The notes under the pieces were generated by a model. The model saw nothing but the letters and a program-made list of their open reading frames with translations, was not told where the DNA came from and searched no databases. The position numbers and the translations under genes were made by a program. This document shows positions 1 to 12,200 of a stretch of DNA of 64,000 nt, piece after piece. Source of the DNA: Bacteroidales bacterium (GTDB taxonomy: Bacteria > Bacteroidota > Bacteroidia > Bacteroidales > UBA12077); the NCBI GenBank assembly GCA_028282585.1, contig JANQHR010000040.1:32299-96298 (forward strand). The letters run 5' to 3'. Each line of letters starts with the position of its first letter. Position 1 is the stretch's first letter.

Positions 1-1865
1 TTGGTTCCCTGTTTTGCAGATATATCTTGTGATTGATACTTTCCTCCCCATTCTTCAACAAGATAATTCATATTTGCCAGCTCTTCTTTTATTTTTTCAG
101 GATTAGCTCCTGGCTTATCTATCTTGTTAATTGCAAATACAATTGGCACACCTGCTGCGCTCGCATGGTTAATCGCTTCAACAGTTTGAGGCATTACATT
201 ATCATCCGCAGACACCACAATAATTGCAATATCAGTAACTTGGGCACCACGAGCACGCATAGCTGTAAATGCTTCGTGACCCGGAGTATCAAGGAATGTT
301 ATTGTTTTTCCTGTTTCAAGTCCAACACTATAGGCTCCAATATGCTGTGTAATTCCTCCTGCCTCACCGGCAATCACATTAGCTTTACGAATATAGTCAA
401 GCAATGAAGTTTTACCATGGTCAACATGACCCATAACAGTAACAATTGGAGGTCTTGAATGTAAGTCCTCTTCTTTATCTTCCTCTTCCTTAATTGCTTC
501 TTGAACTTCTACACTAATAAATTCTACTTTATAATTAAACTCATCAGCAACCAAAGCCATGGTTTCAGCGTCAAGTCTTTGATTAATTGAAACCAACAAT
601 CCTAAGTTCATACAAACCGATATTACATCTGTTGCAGGCACTGCCATCATGGCGGCTAGTTCATTAACCGACACAAACTCTGTTACCTTTAGGATTTGCT
701 TTTCTGCTTCTTGCTTTTCAAGCTCTTCCTGTTGTTTTTGACTTATCGCATCGCGCTTTTCGCGGCGATGTTTTGCTCCTTTTGATTTACCTTTTGTAGT
801 TAAACGAGCTAACGTATCTTTAATTTGCTTTTGAACGTCCTCTTCACTAATCTCAGGACGTAATTGTTTCTTTTTCTTCTTTTTAGATCTAAATTGCTCT
901 CGATCTTCTTGTTTTTTTTGTGGTTGTCCCTGCTTCTTTTGACCTTCCTCACCTGGTTTTACTTCTACCTTATCTTTGTGTATACGTTTTCTTTTTTTCT
1001 TTTTATTCTTTTGATCATCAGACGAAGAAGCTACAGGCTCTTTTTTCTTTTCTTTTGGTTTTTCTGGCAAATCAATTTTTCCAACAACTGTTGGCCCCGA
1101 TAATTTTTCTACCGATGACTTATAAACTGAATCTGCCTGAGGTTTCTCCTGTTCAGGTTCTTTCTTTACTTCTTCTGCTTTTCTTTTCTTTTCTGCTTCT
1201 TGTTTTACTATTTCTTCTCTTTTCTTAGCCTCCTCAGCCTTTCTCTTCTTATCAGCTTCCTGTTTTGCAACTCGCTCTTCTTCCTCTCGCTGTTTTTTGC
1301 TTTTTTTATCTGGTCTTGTCTTTTGATTTAATGAATCTAAATCAATTTTTCCAACCACTTTAACAGGTTCTTGGCTTTCAGGTTCAGTTTCTTTTTCTTC
1401 TTTCTTTTCTATTTTCTGTGGAGCTTCAACTTTTTCTTCTACAACAGGTTCTTCTTTAATTTCAACAGGTTCTTTCTCTTCTTCAACTTCCTCTTCTATT
1501 TCCGGCTTAGGAGTAACTGGTTTAGTGGAACTACTAACATCCTTAATAATTATTTCTTCATCTTTTTCAAATGACTCTTCTTCTTCTTCAACTTTTTCTT
1601 CTACATCCTCTTTAATATCATTAATTGATATTGTCTCATTTTTAGTTCTAAGCTGATTCAAACTGAGTTTTTCAGATTCTTTTTTTAGGTCTACATCCGT
1701 ACTATATTCCTCCACCAGTAGATTGTACAATTCTGGTGCAATTTTAGTATTAGGATTGGAATCTATATTAAAACCTTTCTTTTTAAGAAAATCAACAATC
1801 GTTGATATTCCAACATTAAATTCTCTCGCTGCCTTACTTAATCTTGTTGCTTTACCTGTTGTCAT
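1..1865 (-). CDS. infB: Translation initiation factor IF-2 (5' part; runs off the left edge of the window)
   Basis: Not in the ORF track. The minus strand from ATG at 1865 reads [27 protein letters not shown], then a long Lys/Glu-rich region, then the G1 motif [20 protein letters not shown] at about 395-455. It follows nusA. Confidence 0.97.
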   Translation of the reverse strand, partial: MTTGKATRLSKAAREFNVGISTIVDFLKKKGFNIDSNPNTKIAPELYNLLVEEYSTDVDLKKESEKLSLNQLRTKNETISINDIKEDVEEKVEEEEESFEKDEEIIIKDVSSSTKPVTPKPEIEEEVEEEKEPVEIKEEPVVEEKVEAPQKIEKKEEKETEPESQEPVKVVGKIDLDSLNQKTRPDKKSKKQREEEERVAKQEADKKRKAEEAKKREEIVKQEAEKKRKAEEVKKEPEQEKPQADSVYKSSVEKLSGPTVVGKIDLPEKPKEKKKEPVASSSDDQKNKKKKRKRIHKDKVEVKPGEEGQKKQGQPQKKQEDREQFRSKKKKKKQLRPEISEEDVQKQIKDTLARLTTKGKSKGAKHRREKRDAISQKQQEELEKQEAEKQILKVTEFVSVNELAAMMAVPATDVISVCMNLGLLVSINQRLDAETMALVADEFNYKVEFISVEVQEAIKEEEDKEEDLHSRPPIVTVMGHVDHGKTSLLDYIRKANVIAGEAGGITQHIGAYSVGLETGKTITFLDTPGHEAFTAMRARGAQVTDIAIIVVSADDNVMPQTVEAINHASAAGVPIVFAINKIDKPGANPEKIKEELANMNYLVEEWGGKYQSQDISAKQGT

Positions 1866-1935
1866 ATTGTAATTCTAAACCAATTTTATATTTCCCAAAA
1901 CTAAATTTCTGCTAATTTATAACTAAAGTAATGAA

Positions 1936-3174
1936 TTATTCAAATTCTGATTTGAAAATCTGAATAATTTCATCAACTGTTTCTTCCTCTAAATCAGTTC
2001 TTTTAATTAAATCTTCCCGTGATAACTCAAGAACACTCTTAGCTGTATCACATCCTACAGCCTTTAGTGCATCTAAAACCCAACCTTCAATCTCATCTGC
2101 AAATTCATCTATATTAACATCTTCTTCGTCTTCTTCATCAGTTTCACGGTAAACATCAATTTCATATCCGGTAAGCTGACTTGCCAATTTAATGTTTAAA
2201 CCTCCTTTACCAATTGCCAAAGATACTTCTTCCGGTAATAAATAAACATCTGCTCGTTTATCTTCTTCGTTAAGTTTTATAGAAATTATCTTAGCCGGGC
2301 TTAATGCTCTCTGAATAAATAATTGTGTATTGTTTGTATAGTTAATTACATCAATATTTTCATTTCTTAATTCTCGAACAATTCCATGAATTCTTGAACC
2401 TTTCATACCAACACATGCACCCACAGGATCAATTCTTTCATCGTAGGACTCAACAGCAACTTTGGCTCTTTCTCCCGGAATCCGAACAATATTCTTAATT
2501 GTAATTAATCCATCAAAGATTTCCGGAACCTCAAGTTCAAACAATCTTTCAAGGAAAACCGGGCTAATACGTGATAAAATAATTAACGGATTATTATTTC
2601 TCATTTCAACACGCACAACAACTGCACGAATTGTATCTCCTTTTCTGAAATAATCCGAAGGTATTTGTTCTGATTTTGGTAAAATCAATTCATTTCCCTC
2701 ATCATCTAACGTAAGAATTTCTTTTTTCCACACCTGATAAACTTCACCTGTTACAATATCTCCAATCTTATCTTTATACTTATTGTAAATATTATTCTTT
2801 TCAAGATCAAGGATTCGGTTTGTTAGATTTTGCCTTAACGCTAAAATTGCCCTGCGCCCAAAATCAAGAAGTTTTACTTCATCTGTAACTTCTTCACCAA
2901 TTTCATAATCTTCATCTATCTTTTTAGCTTCCTTTAAAGTAATCTGAAGGTTTGGATCTTCTAACTCTCCCTCTTCAACAACCTCACGGTTTCTCCAAAT
3001 TTCAAAATCTCCCTTATCGATATTAATGATTATATCGAAGTTTTCATCAGTTCCAAATTTCTTAAGTAATAAACTACGGAAAACGTCTTCCAGAACTGTC
3101 ATCATCGTTGCACGATCGATATTCTTAAGCTCCTTAAATTCAGAAAAGGTGTCGATCAAATTCAAATTTTCCAT
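1936..3174 (-). CDS. nusA: Transcription termination/antitermination factor NusA
   Basis: S1 and KH motifs (RIPGERAKVAV, DPVGACVGMKGSRI, AIGKGGLNIKLASQLTG); rimP-nusA-infB synteny. Confidence 0.98.
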   Translation of the reverse strand: MENLNLIDTFSEFKELKNIDRATMMTVLEDVFRSLLLKKFGTDENFDIIINIDKGDFEIWRNREVVEEGELEDPNLQITLKEAKKIDEDYEIGEEVTDEVKLLDFGRRAILALRQNLTNRILDLEKNNIYNKYKDKIGDIVTGEVYQVWKKEILTLDDEGNELILPKSEQIPSDYFRKGDTIRAVVVRVEMRNNNPLIILSRISPVFLERLFELEVPEIFDGLITIKNIVRIPGERAKVAVESYDERIDPVGACVGMKGSRIHGIVRELRNENIDVINYTNNTQLFIQRALSPAKIISIKLNEEDKRADVYLLPEEVSLAIGKGGLNIKLASQLTGYEIDVYRETDEEDEEDVNIDEFADEIEGWVLDALKAVGCDTAKSVLELSREDLIKRTDLEEETVDEIIQIFKSEFE

Positions 3175-3194
3175 TCTACTTATATATTTTTAGC

Positions 3195-3662
3195 TTATTT
3201 AAACTTTATAATAACCTTTGTTGACTTTACCTGATCGTAAGCATAGTTATGTTTTTCAATCACATTTTGCTTTTTCTTCTTACCCTCAACTTTTACCATT
3301 TTAGATTCTTCAATTTCAAATTCATTTTCGGTAACATTTGAAAGTATTCCTTTTATCTTAATTCCTTCTGTTGTAATTATTTCAACATCTTTCCCAATAT
3401 TCTTTTTATATTGCTCAATTACTCTAAAAGGCTCTGATAAACCAGCAGAAGAAACCTCTAACTCAAAATCTTCTGCATCTCGGTCCAGCTTACTTTCTAC
3501 TAAACGACTAACCTCAACACAATCATCAATTGTAAATCCCTCCATACTATCAATTAAAATATTGATCTTATTCGACGAACTTACGTTTATATCAACTATA
3601 AAAGCTTCTTTTTCCTTTATAATGTCCGATATAATTTCTTGTATAGCTTCTTTCGTTATCAT
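3195..3662 (-). CDS. rimP: Ribosome maturation factor RimP
   Basis: IDDCVEVSR and LEVSSAGL motifs; first gene of the nusA-infB operon. Confidence 0.95.
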   Translation of the reverse strand: MITKEAIQEIISDIIKEKEAFIVDINVSSSNKINILIDSMEGFTIDDCVEVSRLVESKLDRDAEDFELEVSSAGLSEPFRVIEQYKKNIGKDVEIITTEGIKIKGILSNVTENEFEIEESKMVKVEGKKKKQNVIEKHNYAYDQVKSTKVIIKFK

Positions 3663-3685
3663 TGCTTTGAATTAAGATAATAATA

Positions 3686-3704
3686 AAGGGGACTATGTCC
3701 CCTT
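3686..3704 (-). promoter_or_regulatory. rimP leader hairpin
   Basis: Perfect GC-rich stem AAGGGGAC-N3-GTCCCCTT about 25 nt upstream of the rimP start, in AT-rich DNA. It matches the position of the known rimP leader hairpin. Confidence 0.65.
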
Positions 3705-3729
3705 ACACAAATCAAGCATAATTCAGCCG

Positions 3730-3760
3730 CAAAAGTATAAATAAACTTACAAATCTCAAA
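3730..3760 (-). promoter_or_regulatory. Bacteroidota sigma-A promoter of the rimP-nusA-infB operon
   Basis: Minus strand TTTG (3760-3757), a 19-nt spacer, then TACTTTTG (3737-3730). This fits the -33 TTTG / -7 TAnnTTTG consensus. Confidence 0.7.
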
Positions 3761-3894
3761 ATTATTAATCTGAAAATTAGGGTTTTTTGAGTTATTTGAA
3801 TCAATTATTTCTTAAATTGTGTTTTAGCATGATCATTTAAGCTAGTGATTTACCTAAAATCTTTTATTTTTGCTATTTACTAATACTTCCTGAT

Positions 3895-5154
3895 GTGCAA
3901 GAAAATTGGCAAAATAAGAGAAAAATTGTAAATGATCCTGTTTATGGATTAATCAATATTCCTTCAGAGACTGTTTATGATATAATTGAGCATAAATATT
4001 TTCAAAGATTACGAAGAATAAAACAATTAGGTTTAACTGACTATGTATATCCGGGAGCTGAACACACCAGGTTTCAACATACTTTAGGAGCGGTTCATTT
4101 ATTAACTCTTGCAATCAATGTTCTTAAATCTAAAAATATTGAGATTACAGAAGAGGAAGAGGAGGCGGTTTCGCTGGCAATTTTACTTCACGATATTGGA
4201 CATGGTCCTTTTTCACATACATTGGAAAAAATTATCGTTGAAAAGTATAGCCATGAGGAACTTTCAATTCTTTTCATGGAATCTTTAAATGAAGAATTTA
4301 ATGGCAAGTTAAGTTTAGCAATTAAAATTTTCAAAAATCAATATCACAAAAAATTCTTACATCAGTTAGTTTCAAGCCAACTTGATGTTGACAGGCTTGA
4401 TTATTTGCGAAGGGATAGCTTTTATACCGGGGTTTCGGAAGGCATTGTAAGTTCAGACAGAATTATTAAAATGCTTAACGTAGTTAACGATCAATTGGTT
4501 GTTGAAGCAAAAGGAACTCATTCCATAGAAAAATTCCTTATAGCCCGTTGGTTAATGTATTGGCAGGTTTATTTACATAAAACCGTTGTGTCAGTTGAGC
4601 AATTGCTTATTAAAATAATGATGCGAGTAAAATCCCTGATTTCTAATGATGAAGAAGTTTTTCTAAATAAAAATCTAGCTCTACTTTTAAAAAATCCAGC
4701 TTTATCCAACATTGAAAATAAAGATTTACTCAATGCTTTTTCTTCTATTGACGATACCGACATTTTTAGTTCTTTAAAAGAATGGGTTCATTCATCAGAT
4801 CATATATTATCTGCACTTGTTAACAAATTATTATATCGTAGGTTATTTAAAATAGAAATACAGGATTCTCCTTTTGATCAAAACAAAATTGATGATTTAA
4901 AGGATGAAGTATTTAAAAAAATGAATATCTCAAAAGATGATATTGATTATTTTGTTTTTACGAACAATATAAGTAAAAATGCATATAGTGCGTTTGATGA
5001 TAAGATTCGGATTTTATACAAAAACGGTGAGCTTGTTGACATTACTGAAGCTTCAGACATGTTAAACATGTCAATATTATCAAAAACCGTTCGTAAATAT
5101 TTTTTGTGTTATCCGAAAGAAATAGTTTCTAATTCAAATTCACAATCCTTATAG
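3895..5154 (+). CDS. HD-domain phosphohydrolase (YdhJ/dNTPase-like)
   Basis: DPVYG, FQRLRRIKQLG, HTRFQHTLG, LLHDIGHGPFSH and DVDRLDYL motifs. Typical gene upstream of lpxD in Bacteroidota; GTG start. Confidence 0.9.
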   Translation: MQENWQNKRKIVNDPVYGLINIPSETVYDIIEHKYFQRLRRIKQLGLTDYVYPGAEHTRFQHTLGAVHLLTLAINVLKSKNIEITEEEEEAVSLAILLHDIGHGPFSHTLEKIIVEKYSHEELSILFMESLNEEFNGKLSLAIKIFKNQYHKKFLHQLVSSQLDVDRLDYLRRDSFYTGVSEGIVSSDRIIKMLNVVNDQLVVEAKGTHSIEKFLIARWLMYWQVYLHKTVVSVEQLLIKIMMRVKSLISNDEEVFLNKNLALLLKNPALSNIENKDLLNAFSSIDDTDIFSSLKEWVHSSDHILSALVNKLLYRRLFKIEIQDSPFDQNKIDDLKDEVFKKMNISKDDIDYFVFTNNISKNAYSAFDDKIRILYKNGELVDITEASDMLNMSILSKTVRKYFLCYPKEIVSNSNSQSL

Positions 5155-5366
5155 TAACTTTTTACTTGCTTAAAGTTTTTAGAATTATATAGGACATAAT
5201 GAAAATATAGAATTTTGTATTGCTTTTTATTTTCGAAATTTTCCAACACTCCATTCATCCCTTTTATTAGCAAACTAAAATCGCGATCTTAATTTAGCTA
5301 CTTGAATCATACTAATTATTAATATTAATACTATTTTTGTCGATATACATTTTAAACCTAATAAAA

Positions 5367-6404
5367 ATGGAATTTACCGCGAAGGCTATTGCCGAATTTT
5401 TGCAAGGAGAAGTTGTTGGAGATCCTGAAGTCAAAGTAAATAATGTTGCTAAAATAGAAGAAGCCTCACCAGGAACTCTAGCTTTTCTTTCTAATCCAAA
5501 ATACAATAAATATTTATATACTACGGAAGCTTCTATTGTTCTAATAAACTTAGACATGGAACTTGAAAAGGAAGTTTCTGCAACATTGATAAAAGTTGAA
5601 AATGCTTATGAAAGTTTTGCTAAACTTTTAGAACTTGCTGAGCAGGCCAGGCCAATTAAACAAGGCGTTTCTGAATTAGCCTTTATAGAAAAATCCGCCA
5701 CAATAGGCGATGGTGCTTATATTGCCCCATTTGTTTATATAGGAGAGAATGTTGTTATTGAAGACAATGTTAAACTATTCCCACATGTTTTTATTGATGA
5801 TAACGTTACCGTAAAAAAGAACTCTACATTAAATTCGGGAGTAAAAGTATATCATGAATGTAAAATTGGAGAAAACTGTATAATTCATGCAGGTGCTGTA
5901 ATTGGATCAGATGGTTTTGGTTTTGCTCCTGACGAAAACAATGTATACAGAAAAATCCCTCAATTAGGAAATGTGATAATTGAAAATAATGTTGAAGTAG
6001 GATCCAATACTACTATTGATAGAGCAACAATGGGATCAACCATCGTTAAACAAGGTGTTAAATTAGATAACTTAAACCAAATAGGACACAATGTTCAAAT
6101 TGGTGAAAATACAGTTATAGCAGCTCAGAGTGGTATCGCAGGAACAACAAAAATTGGTAAAAATTGTCAGTTTGGTGGGCAATCGGGTATAGCACCGCAT
6201 ATTCAGATTGCAGATGGTGTAAAAGTTACTCCTCAAGCCGGGATTCCAAACAGTATTAAAGAACCAGGAAGCATTGTAATGGGAACACCTGCTTTTAATA
6301 TAAGAGAGTTCCAAAGATCATTTATTGTTTACAAACAACTACCCGATCTATTTAAAAGAGTCAAAGAACTAGAAAACGAAATTAGAAGACTTAAAGGGGA
6401 ATAA
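5367..6404 (+). CDS. lpxD: UDP-3-O-(3-hydroxyacyl)glucosamine N-acyltransferase
   Basis: Hexapeptide repeats, GSDGFGF, IDRATMGST and KLDNLNQIGHN. The ATG at 5367 (MEFTAKAIAEFL) is preferred over the TTG at 5337, which overlaps a TATTTTTG -7 box. Confidence 0.96.
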   Translation: MEFTAKAIAEFLQGEVVGDPEVKVNNVAKIEEASPGTLAFLSNPKYNKYLYTTEASIVLINLDMELEKEVSATLIKVENAYESFAKLLELAEQARPIKQGVSELAFIEKSATIGDGAYIAPFVYIGENVVIEDNVKLFPHVFIDDNVTVKKNSTLNSGVKVYHECKIGENCIIHAGAVIGSDGFGFAPDENNVYRKIPQLGNVIIENNVEVGSNTTIDRATMGSTIVKQGVKLDNLNQIGHNVQIGENTVIAAQSGIAGTTKIGKNCQFGGQSGIAPHIQIADGVKVTPQAGIPNSIKEPGSIVMGTPAFNIREFQRSFIVYKQLPDLFKRVKELENEIRRLKGE

Positions 6405-6520
6405 AAACAATTTACCTTTACTTAAAATTATTATTCGAATTTCTTATAAGGTTATTTAATAAGTTTTTTTGTAACTTGCGGCGTTTTTTTTATACTTGAA
6501 ATTATTTTAAAAATTATAAT

Positions 6521-7912
6521 ATGTCGCAAATGCAAAAAACACTTCGTGCTCCCGTATCAATTAAAGGGAAAGGATTACATACAGGATACGACGTTGCTGT
6601 AACATTCAAACCTGCTCCGGAAAATCACGGGTACAAATTTCAACGTGTTGATTTAGAAGGAAAACCTTTCATAAATGCAGATGCCGATAATGTTGTGGAA
6701 ACATCAAGGGGAACAGTTCTGGAAGAGAATGGAGTACGCATTCATACGATAGAACACATGTTAGCTTCTCTTGTAGGATTTGAAGTTGACAATGTATTAA
6801 TTGAAATGTCAGGCCCTGAAGCACCAATTCTTGATGGTAGCGCAATTAAATATGTTGAAGCTATAAAATCTGTTGGAATTCAGGAACAAAATGTAGAAAG
6901 AAATTTCTACGAAATAAAAGAAAGAACAGTATTTCGCGACGAAAAGAACAATGTTGAGTTAGTTGCATATCCTGATACAGAATTTTCTGTTGATGTAATG
7001 GTCGACTATAACTCAAAAGTTTTAGGACACCAATATGCTTCCTACCATCCAACACATGACTTCGAAAATGAAATAGCTCCTTCAAGAACTTTTGTGTTTT
7101 TTCATGAATTGGAGCAACTTTTAAAACATAATCTTATAAAAGGTGGAGATTTGCAGAATGCGATAGTTATTATGGAAAATGAGGTTTCGCAGGAAGAACT
7201 TGATCGAATGGCTGATTTATTCAACAAACCTCATGTAAAGGTAAAAGAAGGTATTCTTAACAATGTTGATTTAAGGTTTAGCAACGAACCTGCAAGACAT
7301 AAATTACTTGATGTTTTAGGAGATTTAGCATTAATAGGTCAACCGATTAAAGGTAAGATCGTAGCATCAAGGCCTGGGCATTATGCAAATACGCAACTTG
7401 CAAAGGTTATAAAGGAAACAATTAGAAAAGAATTATCAAGAATAGCAATTCCAAAATATGATCCTAATAAAGAACCTGTTTACGATATTAATCAGATTAA
7501 GAATATGCTTCCTCACAGGTATCCATTCTTGTTGATAGATAAAATTATCGACTTGGATGATAAATCTGTAATTGGTATTAAGAATGTTACCATGAATGAA
7601 AATTTCTTTTTAGGACATTTCCCTCATGAACCAATTATGCCAGGAGTTCTGCAAATTGAAGCTATGGCTCAGGTAGGAGGTATTTTAGCTTTAAGTAAAG
7701 TTGACGATCCTGAAAATTACGGAACTTTATTCTTAAAAATTGATAAGGTAAGATTTAAAAGAAAGGTAGGGCCCGGTGATACAATTGTTTTTAGATTAGA
7801 ATTATTGGCACCAATTCGTAGAGGTATAGTTAATATGTTCGGACAAGCATTTGTTGGTGACGAACTGGCAATGGAAGGTGAATTAATGGCTCAAATTTCT
7901 AAAATTAAATAA
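6521..7912 (+). CDS. lpxC-fabZ: Bifunctional LpxC deacetylase / FabZ dehydratase
   Basis: LpxC motifs GKGLHTG, TIEHMLA and RHKLLDVLGDL; FabZ motifs LPHRYPFLL, GHFP and PGVLQIEAMAQ. Confidence 0.97.
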   Translation: MSQMQKTLRAPVSIKGKGLHTGYDVAVTFKPAPENHGYKFQRVDLEGKPFINADADNVVETSRGTVLEENGVRIHTIEHMLASLVGFEVDNVLIEMSGPEAPILDGSAIKYVEAIKSVGIQEQNVERNFYEIKERTVFRDEKNNVELVAYPDTEFSVDVMVDYNSKVLGHQYASYHPTHDFENEIAPSRTFVFFHELEQLLKHNLIKGGDLQNAIVIMENEVSQEELDRMADLFNKPHVKVKEGILNNVDLRFSNEPARHKLLDVLGDLALIGQPIKGKIVASRPGHYANTQLAKVIKETIRKELSRIAIPKYDPNKEPVYDINQIKNMLPHRYPFLLIDKIIDLDDKSVIGIKNVTMNENFFLGHFPHEPIMPGVLQIEAMAQVGGILALSKVDDPENYGTLFLKIDKVRFKRKVGPGDTIVFRLELLAPIRRGIVNMFGQAFVGDELAMEGELMAQISKIK

Positions 7913-7922
7913 TATAATTCCT

Positions 7923-8705
7923 ATGATAAGCGAATTAGCATATATACATCCTGATGCAAAACTGGGAAATAATGTTAAAGTAGAAGCGTTTGCATGGATT
8001 GATAAAAATGTAGTAATTGGAGATTACACCTGGGTTGGCCCAAATGCAACAATTATGGAAGGGGCAAGAATAGGTAAGAGTTGCAAAATATTCCCAGGCG
8101 CAGTTGTATCGGCAATTCCACAAGATCTAAAATTTAATGGTGAGGAGACAACCGCTGAAATTGGAGATAATACTACATTACGCGAGTGCGTAACAGTAAA
8201 CCGGGGAACAGCTTCAAAAGGAAAAACTGTAGTTGGAAATAATTGTCTTTTAATGGCCTATGTTCACATTGGACATGATAGTTTTTTAGGTAATAATATC
8301 ATAATATCAAACAGTACGAATGTAGCAGGTGAAATTATTATTGATGATTTTGCTATAATAAGCGGAGATGTTCAAATTCATCAATTTGTTCATATTGGCG
8401 GTCATGTTATGATATCAGGTGGATCATTAGTGCGTAAAGATGTTCCTCCTTATATCACGGTCGCCCATGAACCTGTTTCTTATGTTGGAGTAAATTCAAT
8501 TGGTTTACGCCGAAGAGGTTTCACTAATGAACAAATCACGTTAATACAAGATATTTATAGAGAGATTTTTGTTAAAGAACAAAATGTTACACAAGCTTTA
8601 AAATACATAGAATCTGAAATTGAGGTAACTCAGGAGCGGGATTATATACTCGATTTTGTGAAAAATTCAGAAAGGGGAATAGTAAGAGGATATAACGGGG
8701 TTTAA
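7923..8705 (+). CDS. lpxA: Acyl-ACP--UDP-GlcNAc O-acyltransferase
   Basis: Hexapeptide repeats, PQDLKF, HIGHD, KDVPPY and NSIGLRRRGF. Confidence 0.97.
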   Translation: MISELAYIHPDAKLGNNVKVEAFAWIDKNVVIGDYTWVGPNATIMEGARIGKSCKIFPGAVVSAIPQDLKFNGEETTAEIGDNTTLRECVTVNRGTASKGKTVVGNNCLLMAYVHIGHDSFLGNNIIISNSTNVAGEIIIDDFAIISGDVQIHQFVHIGGHVMISGGSLVRKDVPPYITVAHEPVSYVGVNSIGLRRRGFTNEQITLIQDIYREIFVKEQNVTQALKYIESEIEVTQERDYILDFVKNSERGIVRGYNGV

Positions 8706-9211
8706 TAGTTTACAGTCTCCAATAATTCAAAATCTTTTTCGTGACCATTTTTTTTTATTGTTTCCCAATATTTAAGGGAAATTTCTCCTGTTTTGCCGGT
8801 AAGTTTATTTTTAACTTTGAGTCTTGTTCTTTCTTTTACCTGAACTTCTTTCATATTAAACTCAAAAGGTATTTTAATCATTGACTGAAGATCATCTCCG
8901 ATCTCCAGAACTGTTTCATCTCCCTCCTCATATGTCCACAAGATTTTCATATTAAAACCTGCCTGAAATTTCTGATCAAATCGTTTTAAAAGATCACAAA
9001 TTTTTTTGGTAGAACAGCTATTTAAATATGAAAATTCTAAATCTATTTTTGTAAAACCTGCAGGATTTTCCAAATATTCATTAACCCATTCTTCAACAGG
9101 TTTAATAAAAAGCCTAATATTTTCTGGCATTAAACGCCCTTCAATTCTTACTAATCCTTCTTCCAAAAAAACATAAGGAGTATCTATTGATTGTTCTATT
9201 TCCAGGCTCAT
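8702..9211 (-). CDS. SiaC-family (DUF1987) protein with a short extra C-terminal domain
   Basis: DTPYV, IEGRLMPEN, SYLNSCSTK and WTYEEGDE pattern typical of DUF1987. The stop codon overlaps the lpxA stop. Confidence 0.8.
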   Translation of the reverse strand: MSLEIEQSIDTPYVFLEEGLVRIEGRLMPENIRLFIKPVEEWVNEYLENPAGFTKIDLEFSYLNSCSTKKICDLLKRFDQKFQAGFNMKILWTYEEGDETVLEIGDDLQSMIKIPFEFNMKEVQVKERTRLKVKNKLTGKTGEISLKYWETIKKNGHEKDFELLETVNY

Positions 9212-9286
9212 TTTACAAATATATTTTTACTTCTATTTTGTTTTATTACGTAATGTATTTATTTTGGTTACTTAAAAGCTAATGTT

Positions 9287-12200
9287 TTATAAACCACTGC
9301 CAGCCTGCATCTTACTTCTTTTTCTGTTAAGATATCTTTCTCTAAAATTGAGTGACTGCAAGTATTTCAACCCCCTTCTTAATAGATCAAATAATAGTGC
9401 TAAATAAAGTAAACCTGATAGTACCCAAAGTAAGATAAAATTATACCAAAGAGTGTCAACTTTTATATTGTTTATAATTTTTATTGGTGCATACAAATGG
9501 GCTCTACCAAAATTTGAAGTAGGTTCCATAAAAACCGGATCTTTTTTTTGCACTAACCTTTTTCTTGTTTGATATACTTTATTAATCTCATTTCTATTTA
9601 ATACAATATCCGCAAGTTTTTTATTATAATACTTTTGTTTAAAATTTACAAATCCATCTTGCCCAAGCTCTGCAACCATTTGCTGATACTTCGCACTTTT
9701 ACGATCATTGGCATCCCTCTCTTTTTCACTTAATAGGTTATCTAAACGAACTAAAGCCTGATAAGCCTGCTCCATTACATTCTCATTAAAGTTATTATAG
9801 TTTAACAAATGGTTATACTGAAATGAAAAACCTTCTTCAGTTAAGGATATTATATCTAATTCATTTCTAATTATTTTTAAATCTCTAACCAAGGCATTTG
9901 AATCTAAACCGCTATCCTTCCTCCTCATACAAAGATTAAGTTTATTTTGAAGTTCAGGTATCAAGAAAGAAGTTTTATAGTCAGCATTGCTTATGATTTT
10001 TTCATCTTCATAAAAGATCTTTTCGAACTCATTGTTCTTAAACTGTTCAACCATCATAGCTTCATACGCCCAACGTGTTGTCATTAGGTTACCAATAAAA
10101 GGCACATAAGTTTTATTTGTAAAACCTTTGTGCAGATCATCAAAATGAATCATTGCGCCACCGAGAAGTAATTTTGGTACCAGTATTAATGGTATAAGAA
10201 TATATATAGCAATTACCGAATCTAATCCTGACGAAATATTTAGTCCGATAAGGTTACCCATGCAAGCTGCAGAAAAAAGAATTAACCAGAAAGGAATCAG
10301 CATTCCATGAATTTCCAGAATTGTATTACCTATTAAAGTGTATAGAAATGTTTGTATTGCTGAAATCGTAAATAATATTACAATCTTTGAATTTATATAA
10401 CTAAACCAGCTAAGGTTTAGAAATGATTCTCTCTCAAGTATTTTCCGATCTTTTATTATCTCTTCTGCACTGACTGTCAGCCCCAGAAAAATTGCAACCA
10501 CAACGGCCATAAATAAGAATACCGGTAAGTTTTTATTCTCACCAAAAACATAACCATTAGGTGTAATATATTTTGTAAAGTAACCTAATAAAAGAGCCAA
10601 AAGAGGAGCCTCTAGCAAATTAATTAATAAATACTGTTTATTTGTTAATTTCGATAAAATATTACGCATACTAAATACCTGAAACTGCCTAACGAAATTT
10701 GGTATCTTAAAATCTGAATCAGGTAATATCGTTTCAATTTGTTTTGGTTCGATTTTCTTTTCAATATTTTCTAAATATCTATAGTACCATGTTTCCGATT
10801 GAGTTTTTCGTTTACGAATCGTTTTACCATATTCGTTTATTTCTCGTTCCTCTATAATTTGAAGAATCTGATCCGGATTTATATTCCCACAACAAGCACA
10901 TTCACTTTCTGCCGCATTAACCAGGGAAGTAACCGTTTTAAAATAAACAACGGCATCCACAGGATTTCCTTGATAAATTGGATAACCACCTTTATCTAAA
11001 ATCCATAGTTTGTCGAATAATTTAAAGATATCCGATGACGGTTGATGGATATTAGCAATAACAAGTTTTCCTTTATGAGCTTGTTCTTTCAGAAGATTCA
11101 TGATCGTCATCGAATCCATTGAAGATAAACCTGAAGTTGGTTCATCAACGAAAAGAAGCATTGGTTCGCGCATTAATTCAAGAGCTATATTTAATCTTTT
11201 TCGCTGACCTCCACTAATAATCTTTTTTAAAGGATTACCAACTTGTAGGTCCCTTGCATCGTAAAGGTCCGTATCAATCATCACAGAATTAACTTTCTCG
11301 ACTAATTGCTGTTCTGTGAAATCACTAAAACAAAGCCGTGCATTGTAATATAAATTCTGAAATACAGTTAGTTCTTCAAACAACATATCATCTTGTGGAA
11401 CATAACCAATTAGTCCGGTTAAACCTTCGCTATGCAAGTGCACTGAATGACCATTTATCTTTATTCTTCCTTTGGTAGGTTTTAATTTACCACACAACAA
11501 GTTTAGTAAAGTTGATTTACCAACGCCACTACCTCCCATGATAGCAATCATTTGACCTGATTGCTCGAAGAAATTGAATTTTTGAATCCCATTTTTACTA
11601 TTACGAAAATAAAACTCCACATCTTTTCCTTCAAACGTTATTTGGGTTTCTTCAGAAGTTAAAATAAACTTTGAAGCTATATCATAATAATAAATTGATT
11701 CTATATTAGGACCTTTTATGATTGCTCCTTTGTTTAGAAAATAAGTTCTTCCATACCTTATCTTTTGTCCTTCAATATATAAATTGAGTTCACCAAAATA
11801 CCTGAATATGAATGCTTGAATGGATTGAATATAAAAAACGACAATTTTACCATATAGATTCTCGCGGAATAAATGCTTGTATGGTTCTTCTTCCTGGGAT
11901 TTTTTCTTTTTCATCAACCAGGCTAGGTTATCTGACCATTCTCTTACCTGGTTATCTATTACTAATACTTTATCGTTATCAAGTTTGTCCGGATCACCTT
12001 CGAAAATGAAAGATCTAAAATTTGTAAATTCACTTTCCGATAAACTAAATGATTTTGCAACTGCTTTAAGGAACTCAAATTCTTGTTCTGTAATAAGGTG
12101 ATCTTCATAAACGAACTCTAATAGCTCAAGAAACACGATAACACGTTCATCTCGTAAAAGTCCTTTTTTGATTTGACTACAAACATTTGCTATTTGAAAA

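Noticed and set aside
33-1574. Plus-strand Phe/Leu-rich ORFs (33-407, 864-1103, 920-1228, 1371-1574)
   Set aside because: They are antisense shadows of infB, mostly its Lys/Glu-rich region; the ORF track missed infB because it runs off the window.
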